Shown here one piece after another: positions 1 to 9,923 of a stretch of 64,000 nucleotides of DNA; positions within the stretch are counted from its first letter, which is position 1, and each line of letters starts with the position of its first letter. The DNA is from Verrucomicrobiota bacterium. Its GTDB lineage: Bacteria; Verrucomicrobiota; Verrucomicrobiia; Verrucomicrobiales; Akkermansiaceae. The stretch covers positions 132,092 to 196,091 of the forward strand of contig JAZKEG010000006.1 of the NCBI GenBank assembly GCA_040387215.1, written 5' to 3'. The notes below the pieces were generated by a model. That model worked only from the letters and a program-made list of their open reading frames with translations, searched no databases and was not told the origin of the DNA. Both the position numbers and the translations under genes were made by a program.

Positions 1-297
1 GCGGACGAGTGGCGTGAAGAATTCGGCGCACGCGTCATCCAAGGCGTGGGCGGCAGTTTCGACGTGATGGCTGGGCTGGTGAAACGCGCGCCGGTGTGGA
101 TGCAGCGGATGTGCATCGAGTGGCTTTATCGGGTGATTCAGGAGCCACGTCGCATGTTTTGGCGCTACATGGTGACGAATGGCGCTTGTCTTTGGGTTTT
201 CGCGCAAGCCTTCGTCCGACGTTGGTTCATGCCCGGACAGGGGACACCAGCCGTCTCAGGAAATTTGGTGGACGAGCCGATGGCGAAGCGCGACTGA
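1..297 (+). CDS. WecB/TagA/CpsF family glycosyltransferase, C-terminal part (5' truncated by window)
   Basis: Frame open from base 1; GVGGSFDV...KRAPVWMQ..IEWLYRVIQEPRRM.WRY is the typical WecB/TagA C-terminus. Confidence 0.9.
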   Translation, partial: ADEWREEFGARVIQGVGGSFDVMAGLVKRAPVWMQRMCIEWLYRVIQEPRRMFWRYMVTNGACLWVFAQAFVRRWFMPGQGTPAVSGNLVDEPMAKRD

Positions 298-304
298 CCA
301 ACGG

Positions 305-2398
305 ATGGAAATTTGGGTTCCATGGTGGGTGGCGGGGCTTTGCATGCTGTGCGGAGTGGTCGCGGTGGTGGTGCGGCCGAAAGCCTTGGTGACATGGTTG
401 TTCTTCGTCGGCATGTCGCTGTTAGCGACGGAGCAGTTGCTGGTGCCTCATCTAACGAATACGACTTTCGACAAGGGCACCGGGGTGTGGCTGTGGCGGT
501 TTTTGCTGCTCAAGTCGTTGGTGGCGGGGATATGGTTGGCATTCAGTTTGGTCTATGCGCGCGGTAACAGTTCGGAATTTCTGAGCCGTTGGAAATGGAT
601 GCTGTTCGCCGCATTGGTGGTGCCGCCCGCCATTTTGATATTTTTCAGCGAGTTAATGGTCGCGGCCGAGGTGCGCAAGAACCTCGTGGTTTTGCGTTGG
701 CAGCCGCTTGGGAAATTCTGGGTGTTGACGATGGTGGTGATCACCCTCGGCATTCTCACCAACTTGGAAAAAACGTTCCGCGCCTCGGTGGGCATGTCCC
801 GCTGGCGAATCAAGTACCTGTTCCTCGGCGTCGGGCTGATTTTTGGCGTAAAGCTCTACTCGCTCAGCCAATTGCTGCTATTTTCCGGCTATGACCCGGG
901 ACTGGTGCGGCTCGAATCCATCGCGGTGGGGCTGGGCTGCCTGATGGTCATCGTCGGCCACACACGATCGAGTTTCGGCGCGTTCGATCTCTATCCGTCG
1001 CGGGCGGTGCTGCAGGGATCGCTGACGGTGATCTTGGCGGGCGGTTACTTTCTGCTGGTCGGGGTGGTGGCGCAGGCCATGCGGTTGCTCGGCGGGGCGA
1101 AAGGGTTTCCCGCGCAGGCCTTCGTGCTGCTGCTAGGGATGGTGGGGTTGACGGTGCTGTTGCTATCGGATCGCTTCCGCACTGGATTGCAACGGTTTGT
1201 GAGTCGGCATTTTCGCCGGGCGGAACATGACTTCCGGAAAATTTGGACTGAGTTTACGCGCCGCACGTCCAGCGCCCGGGATGCGGAATCGCTGGGCAAG
1301 AATGCGGGTGAGGTGATTTCCGAAAATTTCCACGTCCTTGGCGTGACGGTGTTCCAAGCGACTCCAGACCAGACCGCACTTGAGTGTCTGAGCTCCACGG
1401 AAAAGCGGCCGATGTCGATATTGCCGGGCTTCAATTCAAGGAGTCTTGCCGAAGTCGGTGGCCGAGGCCGCCCGTTCAACTTGGAGAAATCCACCGAGTC
1501 ATGGGCCGAAACCTTGCGGCTGGCATGTCCGATCAATTTCGACCACGGGGGGGATCGATTGGTGGTGCCGCTGGTCGCCTCCGAAAGTTTCATCGGGCTG
1601 ATGGTGCTGACGGATCGGGTCAACGGCGTGCCGTACAGTGAAGAGGAGCTGGATCTGCTGGCCTGCATCGGTGACCAACTCGCGGCGGCGTTGCTGAATT
1701 GTTCGCTCACCGAAAAGGTGCTTCAGGCCAAGGAAATGGAGGCCTTCCAAACGCTTTCCACGTTCTTTGTTCACGATCTGAAAAACGCCGCCAACAGCCT
1801 GAATCTAACCTTGCAGAACCTGCCCATCCATTTCGATGATCCAGACTTCCGCACCGACGCGGTCCGCACGGTGGGGCGGACGGTTGAGCGGATCAATCAG
1901 ATGATTTTGAAACTCAGCAGCCTGCGCCACGAACTTCAGCTCCATCGGGAGCCATGTCGGCTGGACCTGCTATGCGCAGGGGTGCTCGGCGAGTTGGGGG
2001 CGCAAATGGGCGAGGGCGTGGTTCTCGAATCGGAACTTGAGCCGGTTCCCGAAGTGCGGCTGGACCGCGATGCGATTCTTAGCGTGATCACGAATCTGGT
2101 GGTCAATGCCCGCGAAGCGATGGCGGATGGCGGTGTCGTGCGGGTGGGAACCTGTGCCGATAGTGGCTCGGTGTCGCTGACCGTCACCGACAATGGCCAC
2201 GGCATGAGTGAGGATTTCATCCGCAACGAGCTGTTCCGTCCTTTTCACTCCACCAAGACCAAGGGGCTTGGAATCGGCATGTTTCAGTGCAAGAAGATCG
2301 TTGAGGCCCATGGCGGCAGCATACGGGTGGAAAGTTCACCGCATCATGGGGCCAGCTTTTCCGTGATTTTCCCTGTGCACCCTAAAACCCTCTCCTGA
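305..2398 (+). CDS. prsK: PEP-CTERM/XrtA-system sensor histidine kinase PrsK
   Basis: Multi-TM N-terminus, GAF-like region, H-box FFVHDLKN, N-box NLVVNA, DNGHG, KGLGIG; directly upstream of prsR; start moved to ATG 305. Confidence 0.85.
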   Translation: MEIWVPWWVAGLCMLCGVVAVVVRPKALVTWLFFVGMSLLATEQLLVPHLTNTTFDKGTGVWLWRFLLLKSLVAGIWLAFSLVYARGNSSEFLSRWKWMLFAALVVPPAILIFFSELMVAAEVRKNLVVLRWQPLGKFWVLTMVVITLGILTNLEKTFRASVGMSRWRIKYLFLGVGLIFGVKLYSLSQLLLFSGYDPGLVRLESIAVGLGCLMVIVGHTRSSFGAFDLYPSRAVLQGSLTVILAGGYFLLVGVVAQAMRLLGGAKGFPAQAFVLLLGMVGLTVLLLSDRFRTGLQRFVSRHFRRAEHDFRKIWTEFTRRTSSARDAESLGKNAGEVISENFHVLGVTVFQATPDQTALECLSSTEKRPMSILPGFNSRSLAEVGGRGRPFNLEKSTESWAETLRLACPINFDHGGDRLVVPLVASESFIGLMVLTDRVNGVPYSEEELDLLACIGDQLAAALLNCSLTEKVLQAKEMEAFQTLSTFFVHDLKNAANSLNLTLQNLPIHFDDPDFRTDAVRTVGRTVERINQMILKLSSLRHELQLHREPCRLDLLCAGVLGELGAQMGEGVVLESELEPVPEVRLDRDAILSVITNLVVNAREAMADGGVVRVGTCADSGSVSLTVTDNGHGMSEDFIRNELFRPFHSTKTKGLGIGMFQCKKIVEAHGGSIRVESSPHHGASFSVIFPVHPKTLS

Positions 2399-2408
2399 CC
2401 CCCCGAGC

Positions 2409-3806
2409 ATGAAACCGAAGATCCTGATCATTGACGACGACGAGGAAATCCGTACCCAGATGAAATGGGCGGTCGCGGCGGACTACGAGGTGACTTTAGC
2501 GGGCGATAGGACGGAGGCGGTCAAACGTTTCCGCGAACATAGTCCCATGGTGGTGCTGCTCGACCTCGGACTGCCGCCCAACCCGAACGACACGCGGGAA
2601 GGCATGGCCACCTTGTCGGAGCTGTTGACGCTCAATCGAAACGCCAAAATCATCATTGTTTCCGGGCAGAGCGATCGCGAGAACGCGGTGCGTGCCATCG
2701 GTGCCGGCGCTTACGATTTCCTGAGTAAACCGGTCGACGCGAACCAGCTTCGTCTGCTGTTGCAGCGGGCGGTGTTCGTGACGGAACTGGAACGCGACTA
2801 CAGCCAGCTCCAAGGGAAAGAGCAGCCGGGAATGTTCGAAGGCATCCTCGGCAGCAGCGAGCCGATGGAGGATGTTTTCAAAACCATCGGCAAAGTGGCG
2901 AAGGCCAGTGCGCCCGTGCTCATCCTCGGCGAAAGTGGAACCGGCAAGGAAATGGTCGCCAACGCGATCCACCGCCGCAGTGCGTACAAGAACAAGCCGT
3001 TCATCGCCATCAACTGCAACGCCATCCCGGAAAACCTCATCGAAAGCGAGCTGTTCGGCTACGAGAAGGGGTCCTTCACCGGAGCGAACAGCCAGAAGAT
3101 TGGCCTCATCGAAACGGCTGCCGGGGGGACACTTTTTCTCGACGAAATCGGTGATTTACCAGGGCCTGTCCAAGTGAAAATGCTGCGCTTTCTCCAAGAA
3201 AAACGCATCCAACGCGTCGGCGGACGGCAGGAAATCGAGGTCGATGTGCGGGTGCTCGCCGCCACTCACGTCGACCTGACGGCGGCGATCCAAGAAGGCC
3301 GCTTCCGCGAAGATCTGTATTTCCGCTTGGCGGTTGTGGTTTGCAAGCTGCCGCCTTTGAGGGACCGCGGCGATGACATCGCCATGTTGGCGCAGGATTT
3401 CCTCAAACGCTTCGGCAAGCAAAACGGACGCCAAGGGTTGGCATTCGACGCCCAAGCGCTCAAAGCGATTTCTCGGCATCCGTGGCCGGGCAACGTCCGT
3501 GAACTCCAGAATCGCGTCCAGCGGGCGGTGATCATGGCGGACGGCAACCGCATCCATTGCGACGATCTGGAAATTGTGCCGGGAGTTACAAGTGCCGGGG
3601 CGGAGACGCCATTCGCCGGTGGCACATCGGTGGATGTTTCCCGGGCCGGCGGCTTGCGGGAAGCCCGCGAGACGTTGGAGCGCGAACTCGTGCAACAGGC
3701 CTTGGTCCGCAACGAGGGCAATATTTCCGCCGCCGCCAAGTCGTTGGGCATCAGCCGTCCGACGCTCTACGAACTGATGAGCAAGCTCGGCATTTCCAAG
3801 GATTGA
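2409..3806 (+). CDS. prsR: Sigma54-dependent response regulator PrsR (NtrC family)
   Basis: REC domain (LLDLGLPP), AAA+ GESGTGKE, GSFTGA, LFLDEIG, WPGNVREL, C-terminal Fis HTH. Confidence 0.88.
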   Translation: MKPKILIIDDDEEIRTQMKWAVAADYEVTLAGDRTEAVKRFREHSPMVVLLDLGLPPNPNDTREGMATLSELLTLNRNAKIIIVSGQSDRENAVRAIGAGAYDFLSKPVDANQLRLLLQRAVFVTELERDYSQLQGKEQPGMFEGILGSSEPMEDVFKTIGKVAKASAPVLILGESGTGKEMVANAIHRRSAYKNKPFIAINCNAIPENLIESELFGYEKGSFTGANSQKIGLIETAAGGTLFLDEIGDLPGPVQVKMLRFLQEKRIQRVGGRQEIEVDVRVLAATHVDLTAAIQEGRFREDLYFRLAVVVCKLPPLRDRGDDIAMLAQDFLKRFGKQNGRQGLAFDAQALKAISRHPWPGNVRELQNRVQRAVIMADGNRIHCDDLEIVPGVTSAGAETPFAGGTSVDVSRAGGLREARETLERELVQQALVRNEGNISAAAKSLGISRPTLYELMSKLGISKD

Positions 3807-3828
3807 TGAAAATCCTGTTGGATTGAGG

Positions 3829-3860
3829 AAAAAGGCAGCCCGGCAAGGCTGCCTTTTTTT
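3829..3860. terminator. Bidirectional rho-independent terminator
   Basis: AAAAAGGCAGCC-CGGCAA-GGCTGCCTTTTTTT between convergent genes. Confidence 0.85.
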
Positions 3861-3863
3861 GTG

Positions 3864-6011
3864 TCATCGTCTTGAGAGGGGTCTGCGCTTCTCATCGGGC
3901 GAAATTTGGCGCGGGCGGCGGGTGGTGGGCACCGCGAGTGCGCGTTTCACTTCGGAAATCGGCACCCCGGCGACGCGGACGAGCGTGCGGGTGGCCGGGC
4001 CGTCACCGCGTTCGGTGGCCATCATGAGGCGGCCATTTCCGCGTTCAAGATCCCAGCGTGAGGTTTCTCCGCAGGGTTCCCAATGCCGCGCGATGAGGCG
4101 TTTGAGTAAATGCTCACGGTCCAGCCCGTCGGACGATTCCAGTGTGAACTCGTCGGTCTGGCTGTGCAGACGGCCACGAGGGATTTTGCCACTGGGGAAG
4201 GGTATGTCGTGGTTGCGTGCCCATGCTCGTAGCCGTGGTTGGAGGAATCGCACCGCCGCGAGCGCTGCCCGGGCGAGCGAGGTGTCGAATTTTTTCACTA
4301 ATCCGCGCAAGGGCAGCATGCGGTTGACGATGGCCTGGTAGCCGGCATCTCCCAGCGGGCCGTGGTAAATGATGCTGTCCGCCATCACACGGACCGGCCC
4401 GCCGCCATAGACGAAACCGTCCCAGCGCGGTCCACCGTGGGCAGTGAAACGTTGCGGATGCTTTTCGAGCAGCAGTTTTTCAGCCCGTCCATAGCCGAGC
4501 TGCTGGCGCAGGAAGGCGCGTATCGACGGACGCCGCCAATGCCAGACGAAGGCACCGGGCACAAACCCGAGGTGATGCCCGGCATCGCGCAGCCGCCAGC
4601 AGAAATCCACGTCGTCGCCGGCGGTGTGGAAACGCGCGTCGAAGCCGCCGATTTTCTGAAACGCGGCGCGCGTGACGACGAGGTTGCAGCCTGGCAAGTG
4701 CTCGGCCTCGCGGTCGTCGAGCATCACGTGGCTGGGGGCGCCGGGGGCGGCGCTGACGACTGCTTGCTCCCAGTCGCGCGGCGGCGGCGGCAAATTCGGG
4801 CCGCCTGCCGCGCTGAATTCGCCTTTTTGGAAAACCGGTTGCAGCCGCGTCAGCCAATCGCGATCCGGTTGGCAATCATCGTCGGTGAAGGCAAGGACTT
4901 GGCCGATGGCGGCTTCGGCTCCGGCATTGCGGGCTGCGCTCAGGCCGCAGGGTTGCAGCCGGATGAGGCGCACGTCGGGGAAGTTTTTTTCGACAAAATC
5001 GGCGGTGCCATCGGTGGAGCCGTCGTCGATGACGAGGGTTTCGTAGGTCCCATAGGACTGATGGGACTTATTCAGAGCTTCCAAGCACGCACCGATTCGA
5101 TCTCGGCCGTTTCGGGTGCAGACGATGACGGAAAAGGAAATTTCCTCGGCCGCCGGGGATTCCTGCGGCGGGCGGGCGGCGTTCAGCGCGGGTTTTTCGG
5201 CGCCCTCGCGGTTGGTCAGGCCGAAGTCCCAGTCGGTCACGTCCACGCCGCCGTTGTGCCAGCGGTCGCTCCACGCGTAGATCGTCATCCCGGCGGTTTC
5301 CAGATCCAGTGCGGCGCGGTTCGCCCAGCGCAGGGTTTCCGCCTGCTTTTCCAGGCCGTTGCGGCGGGAATCCAGGCCGAATTCGGAGACCACCAGCGGC
5401 CTGTCGCCAGCGATGTGGTGCAGCCGCCGCAGGTAGTCACGGAATGGCTGCTCGGCTTCTAGGTAGATATTAAATGCCGTGAAATCCGCGTTTTCCGGCT
5501 CCAGATACTCGGTGGACGGGAAATTGGCGTAGGCGAAGAGCAGTTGCGGCGCGATCTCGCGGCCAGTCGCGATCAACCCTTCCAGCGCCCGCCGCACTTT
5601 GAGTGGTCCCATCCAGCGGGCGAGGTCGGGCGGGATTTCGTTGCCGACGTAAACACCGACCAGCGCGGGATGGGTGCCGGTTTTCCGCAGCGCCTCGGCC
5701 AGTTGCACGGTCGCCGCCGAGTAGTGGCTGGGAGTTTGGAAAAAATCCGCGTTTTGGTGCCACCGCAGCCCGGCGAAAACCGCGAGACCGTGCCGCGCCG
5801 CTGCGTCCAGCAGGTCGATTCTGGGCATTTCATAGAGCCGGACGGCATTGAACCCGGCTGCGGCGATCTTTTGGAAATCCTCGTCCGGCGATGCTGGCAA
5901 GCCGCTTGGGAACGGCCCATAGGTCACCGCGTTCATGCGGACGCGCCTGCCGCCGGAGCGGAAAAATTTCCCGTCCGTGCGCCATCGCGGGGCGATGTCC
6001 TTGGCTGCCAC
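3864..6011 (-). CDS. Clan GH-A (GH2-like TIM barrel) / GT2 glycosyltransferase fusion
   Basis: N-terminal GNEI and VSEFG catalytic-Glu motifs; GT2 motifs VIVCTRN, DDGSTD, FTDDD, GDDVD. Confidence 0.8.
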   Translation of the reverse strand: MAAKDIAPRWRTDGKFFRSGGRRVRMNAVTYGPFPSGLPASPDEDFQKIAAAGFNAVRLYEMPRIDLLDAAARHGLAVFAGLRWHQNADFFQTPSHYSAATVQLAEALRKTGTHPALVGVYVGNEIPPDLARWMGPLKVRRALEGLIATGREIAPQLLFAYANFPSTEYLEPENADFTAFNIYLEAEQPFRDYLRRLHHIAGDRPLVVSEFGLDSRRNGLEKQAETLRWANRAALDLETAGMTIYAWSDRWHNGGVDVTDWDFGLTNREGAEKPALNAARPPQESPAAEEISFSVIVCTRNGRDRIGACLEALNKSHQSYGTYETLVIDDGSTDGTADFVEKNFPDVRLIRLQPCGLSAARNAGAEAAIGQVLAFTDDDCQPDRDWLTRLQPVFQKGEFSAAGGPNLPPPPRDWEQAVVSAAPGAPSHVMLDDREAEHLPGCNLVVTRAAFQKIGGFDARFHTAGDDVDFCWRLRDAGHHLGFVPGAFVWHWRRPSIRAFLRQQLGYGRAEKLLLEKHPQRFTAHGGPRWDGFVYGGGPVRVMADSIIYHGPLGDAGYQAIVNRMLPLRGLVKKFDTSLARAALAAVRFLQPRLRAWARNHDIPFPSGKIPRGRLHSQTDEFTLESSDGLDREHLLKRLIARHWEPCGETSRWDLERGNGRLMMATERGDGPATRTLVRVAGVPISEVKRALAVPTTRRPRQISPDEKRRPLSRR

Positions 6012-6142
6012 GGCGCGACGCTAGGCAAGCGCGAGCGGATTCCCAAACCTCAAATTGAGGACATCAACCCTTTCGGGTGGTTGCGAGTGATTGCCGGGGC
6101 GATGATAGTTCTCGGCCCTGCGAACAGCGGGCATTTTTCCTC

Positions 6143-8476
6143 ATGAAACGATCGAAATCGACACCTCGACTCCCCCAATGCCGACCGGCCAAGCGGGTCT
6201 GGCAAAGCCTCGCCATCCTCTCCTTCACCGGCCTTTCCGCGCTGGCCGATTGGGCACCCGTCCAAGGCGGAATGATGACAAAATGGGGATCTGAACTGAA
6301 GTCGGACAAGGTCTGGCAAGAATACCCCCGTCCGCAGATGCAACGCGCGGATTGGACCAATCTGAACGGCCTGTGGGATTACGCCGTGACCGCCAAGGAG
6401 GAAACCACTCCGGCCGAATGGGCTGGCCAGATCTTGGTGCCATTTTGCCCAGAGAGCAGCCTTTCCGGCGTCGGTCGTCTGATCGAGCCAACCGAGGCGC
6501 TTTGGTACAAGCGCCCGCTGCCCGCCGCCAAGGATGGCAAGCGGACCATCCTCACCTTCGAAGCGGTGGATTACACGTCCACGATTTGGGTGAATGGCAA
6601 ACGCATCGGCAGTCACACCGGCGGTTTCACCCCATTTTCCTACGACATCACCGACGCGCTGAAGGCGGAGGGCAACGAGCTGCTCGTCCGCGTGGACGAC
6701 GCCACCGAGGGCTACCAGCTGCACGGCAAGCAGAAGCTCAAGAACGAGGGGATTTGGTACACCCGCGTCACCGGCATCTGGCAAACCGTCTGGCTGGAAA
6801 ACGTCAACGAGCGCTTCATCAACGACATCGACTACGCCTGCGACATCAAGTCCGGCAATCTGAAGGTCTCGCCCAAGCTTTCCGGCGAAGCGGCCAACGG
6901 CGAGAAGGTGAAAGTCACCGTTTCGTTCGGCGGCAAGGAAGTCGCCAGCGGCAGCGGCAACGGGGAAATTTCCCTGACCTTGGCCGACGCGAAACTTTGG
7001 TCACCCGACGCACCGAACCTTTACGACCTGAAAATCGAGCTGCTCGATGGTTCCGGCAAGGTGCTCGACGAGGTGGCTTCCTACACCGCCCTGCGCGAGT
7101 TTGGTAAGGAAAAGGATGCCAACGGCAATTGGCGTTTCACCCTCAATGGCAAGTCCATCTTCCACTGGGGCCCGCTCGACCAAGGTTGGTGGCCGGACGG
7201 CCTGCTCACCCCGCCGTCCGATGAGGCGATGATTTCCGATATCGATTACCTCAAGGCCGCCGGATTCAACATGATCCGCAAGCACATCAAGATCGAGCCA
7301 CGCCGCTACTACGCCCATTGCGACAAGATCGGCATGCTGATGTGGCAGGACCAAGTCAGCCAAGGTTATGGCCCGGAGACGCAGCCGAAAGGATCAAACC
7401 CGAACTGGACGCGCATGGCTCCCGACCCAAAAGACGGGATTTGGCCGGATGAAGCGCACGAGCAATACCTCACCGAATACAAGCGCATGGTGGACCACCT
7501 GCGCGACGTCCCCAGCATTGCCGTTTGGTCTCCCTTCAACGAAGCATGGGGCCAGCACCGGACGATGGAAGTCGGCAAGATGTCGGTGGAATACGACAAA
7601 ACCCGGCCCATCAACATCGCCAGCGGCGGCAATTTCTGGCCCGTCGGTGACATCGCTGATGAGCACGCCTACCCCGACCCAGCATTTCCGCTCGATGACA
7701 AGCGATTCGATGATTTCGTGAAGGTGGTCGGCGAGTTCGGCGGCCACGGCATGCCCATCGAAGGTCACCTGTGGAACAAGAACAGCCCGAACTGGGGCTA
7801 CGGCGGCTTGCCCAAGGATTTGGCGGAGTGGAAGCAACGCTATGAGCGCTCGATCAAGGTGCTTGCCAATCTGCGCAAGCGCGGCGTCTGCGCCGGAGTT
7901 TACACGCAGACCACGGACGTTGAGGTGGAAATCAACGGCCTGCGCACCTACGACCGCATCAACAAGGTGGAACCCGCTTGGTTAAAACCGATCTCCGACA
8001 TGCTGCTCTCGACGCCCGATGTCGTGGACTTGGCCGAGATTGTGCCCACCTCGGAAAAGGTCGGCCAGCCCGCCCGCTACACGACTGAGGCTCCAGCCGC
8101 CGGTTGGGAAAAGCCAGATTTCGACACCACTTCGTGGAAACAAGGCAAAGGCGGCTTCGGCACCACCATCGTTCCCAACTCCAAAGTGGGCACCGAGTGG
8201 AGTTCTCCCGACATCTGGTTCCGCCGTGAGGTTGAAATCAGCCAATTGCCCAAGGGACAAGTCATCCTGCGCCTTTTCCATGACGAGGACACCGAAGTTT
8301 TCTTGAACGGTGAGCCACTCATCGCCGTGAAAGGTCACACGACCGGCTACACCGAGTTCCCGATTTCCAACAAGGAACTCATCAAGACGGGCACCAATGT
8401 CATCGCCGTGCATTGCCGCCAAACCCACGGCGGGCAGTTCATCGACTTGGGCTTGCTCGACGAGACGGCTCGTTGA
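6143..8476 (+). CDS. Secreted GH2 glycoside hydrolase (beta-galactosidase/glucuronidase-like) with C-terminal jelly-roll domain
   Basis: EYPRPQ..R..W.NLNGLW, VPFCPES.LSG, GPLDQGWWPDG, FNEAWGQ, GEFGG; signal-like N-terminus from ATG 6143. Confidence 0.88.
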   Translation: MKRSKSTPRLPQCRPAKRVWQSLAILSFTGLSALADWAPVQGGMMTKWGSELKSDKVWQEYPRPQMQRADWTNLNGLWDYAVTAKEETTPAEWAGQILVPFCPESSLSGVGRLIEPTEALWYKRPLPAAKDGKRTILTFEAVDYTSTIWVNGKRIGSHTGGFTPFSYDITDALKAEGNELLVRVDDATEGYQLHGKQKLKNEGIWYTRVTGIWQTVWLENVNERFINDIDYACDIKSGNLKVSPKLSGEAANGEKVKVTVSFGGKEVASGSGNGEISLTLADAKLWSPDAPNLYDLKIELLDGSGKVLDEVASYTALREFGKEKDANGNWRFTLNGKSIFHWGPLDQGWWPDGLLTPPSDEAMISDIDYLKAAGFNMIRKHIKIEPRRYYAHCDKIGMLMWQDQVSQGYGPETQPKGSNPNWTRMAPDPKDGIWPDEAHEQYLTEYKRMVDHLRDVPSIAVWSPFNEAWGQHRTMEVGKMSVEYDKTRPINIASGGNFWPVGDIADEHAYPDPAFPLDDKRFDDFVKVVGEFGGHGMPIEGHLWNKNSPNWGYGGLPKDLAEWKQRYERSIKVLANLRKRGVCAGVYTQTTDVEVEINGLRTYDRINKVEPAWLKPISDMLLSTPDVVDLAEIVPTSEKVGQPARYTTEAPAAGWEKPDFDTTSWKQGKGGFGTTIVPNSKVGTEWSSPDIWFRREVEISQLPKGQVILRLFHDEDTEVFLNGEPLIAVKGHTTGYTEFPISNKELIKTGTNVIAVHCRQTHGGQFIDLGLLDETAR

Positions 8477-8507
8477 AGCGGTCAAACGCGCCGCGTTTCC
8501 CATCTCC

Positions 8508-8548
8508 ACCCGGACGTCGCCAAGTGCGCGGCGTCCGGGTTCTTTTTT
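8508..8548 (+). terminator. Rho-independent terminator
   Basis: ACCCGGACGTCGC/GCGGCGTCCGGGT stem followed by TCTTTTTT. Confidence 0.8.
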
Positions 8549-8607
8549 GCCCTCAGACAGCCAAAAAACGGACTGGCAATGCCGGGGGCTGTCGCTAGCC
8601 TGCGCGC

Positions 8608-8970
8608 GTGTTTCAAATCGTTTTCAACGAAATCAGCGCCGCCGAGATGTCCGCCCTCGGAACCCTCGAACAACTCGACTTGATGGAGGAATTCCGCGTC
8701 GGCGAGGCGGAGCTGAAACAACTCGATGGCGACCGCTACGGCCGCATCGAACGCGATGGCAAGACGCTCTACCGCTTCCGCGCCAAGGACTACCGCTTCT
8801 ATTTCGAGGTGAAAGACGGCGCGGTGGTCATCCATCGCGTGCTCCATAAAGGAACCATCTCCGACTTCATGTTTCGCTCGAAAATGCCGCTTTCGGAAGA
8901 CGAATCGTTGGCGAATTCGAAGCACTTTTGGAAGCTCATCGACGAAGGACGCAACGCGCGCCGACTGTAA
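8608..8970 (+). CDS. RelE/ParE-fold protein (orphan toxin-like)
   Basis: F.IVFN.. N-terminus and LYRFRAKDYRFYFEV...VVIHRVLHK match the RelE beta-sheet pattern. Confidence 0.7.
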   Translation: MFQIVFNEISAAEMSALGTLEQLDLMEEFRVGEAELKQLDGDRYGRIERDGKTLYRFRAKDYRFYFEVKDGAVVIHRVLHKGTISDFMFRSKMPLSEDESLANSKHFWKLIDEGRNARRL

Positions 8971-9095
8971 AATCTGTGCTGAAAGCGGCTTCCGCGACGG
9001 CCTATCCTCACGTTGTCAGCCCGCTCCGCGTGGTGTTGCGGATTCTTGATTAGATTTTGCTTCCAGCCCTGGCTTTTCCTGTTCCATCCTCCGCA

Positions 9096-9851
9096 ATGAT
9101 CAAGTGGCTGATGTTGGTGGTGTTCGCAGGTCTCGCGGCGTGGAGCTGGATGTCCTACACGAAAAAGGGCGAGACGATCGAGACGATGAAGAAGCAGATC
9201 GAGCAGCTTCAAGAAACGGGCGATCCCGAAGAGTTGGCCGGCAAGCTCAGTGCCGATCTCCAAGGCATGGAAGGGGAGAAGATTTTCAATGGCATCCTGT
9301 TGACCTTCCTGGGCGCAGGCGTGGTGGGCATCGTGTTTGTCTCCGTGTTGCTGCCGTTGCTTGCGCAAAAGGTCACTCACTCGGTCTATGACAGCGGTGA
9401 GCAGGTCGAAAAGGACGCGATGAGCAGCGCTCGTTCGCTCGTCGCGCAAGGCGACTACGCCGGTGCGATTACCGCCTACCAAGAAGCTGCCGCGGCCGAT
9501 CCGCTCAACCGCCTGCCCTGGGTGGAAATTGCGAAAATCCAAAAAGACCACCTGCAAGACGCCGGTGCCGCCATCCAAACGATACGCCACGCCTTGGAAA
9601 GCCAAGAGTGGGAGGTCAACGACGCGGCCTATTTCCTGTTCCGTTTGGCCGAACTTTACGACGAGGTGGAGGGCGATCGCGCCTCGGCCATCGCCATCAT
9701 GAATCAAGTCGTGCAGGAGTTCCCCGGCACACGCCACTCGGCCAATGCCACGCACAAGCTGCATGAATGGGCTGCTGACGGCGATGTCTCGATGAGCGCG
9801 GAAGAGGCGGAATACCTCGCCCGCGTCAAAGCCCAGCGCGAAGGGCAATAA
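9096..9851 (+). CDS. Membrane-anchored tetratricopeptide-repeat protein
   Basis: Two hydrophobic segments then TPR-like helices (GDYAGAITAYQEA, FRLAELY, QVVQEFPGT). Confidence 0.7.
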   Translation: MIKWLMLVVFAGLAAWSWMSYTKKGETIETMKKQIEQLQETGDPEELAGKLSADLQGMEGEKIFNGILLTFLGAGVVGIVFVSVLLPLLAQKVTHSVYDSGEQVEKDAMSSARSLVAQGDYAGAITAYQEAAAADPLNRLPWVEIAKIQKDHLQDAGAAIQTIRHALESQEWEVNDAAYFLFRLAELYDEVEGDRASAIAIMNQVVQEFPGTRHSANATHKLHEWAADGDVSMSAEEAEYLARVKAQREGQ

Positions 9852-9923
9852 CCCGCTTTCCGTCCGTCGGACGGAAATCCACCCGCCAATCCGCATCGCG
9901 CTCCCTTATCTGGAAACCGCGCG

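Noticed and set aside
305-3806. PEP-CTERM target or exosortase genes near prsK/prsR
   Set aside because: No ORF in the window ends in VPEP-TM-basic and no exosortase was seen; they may lie left of the window
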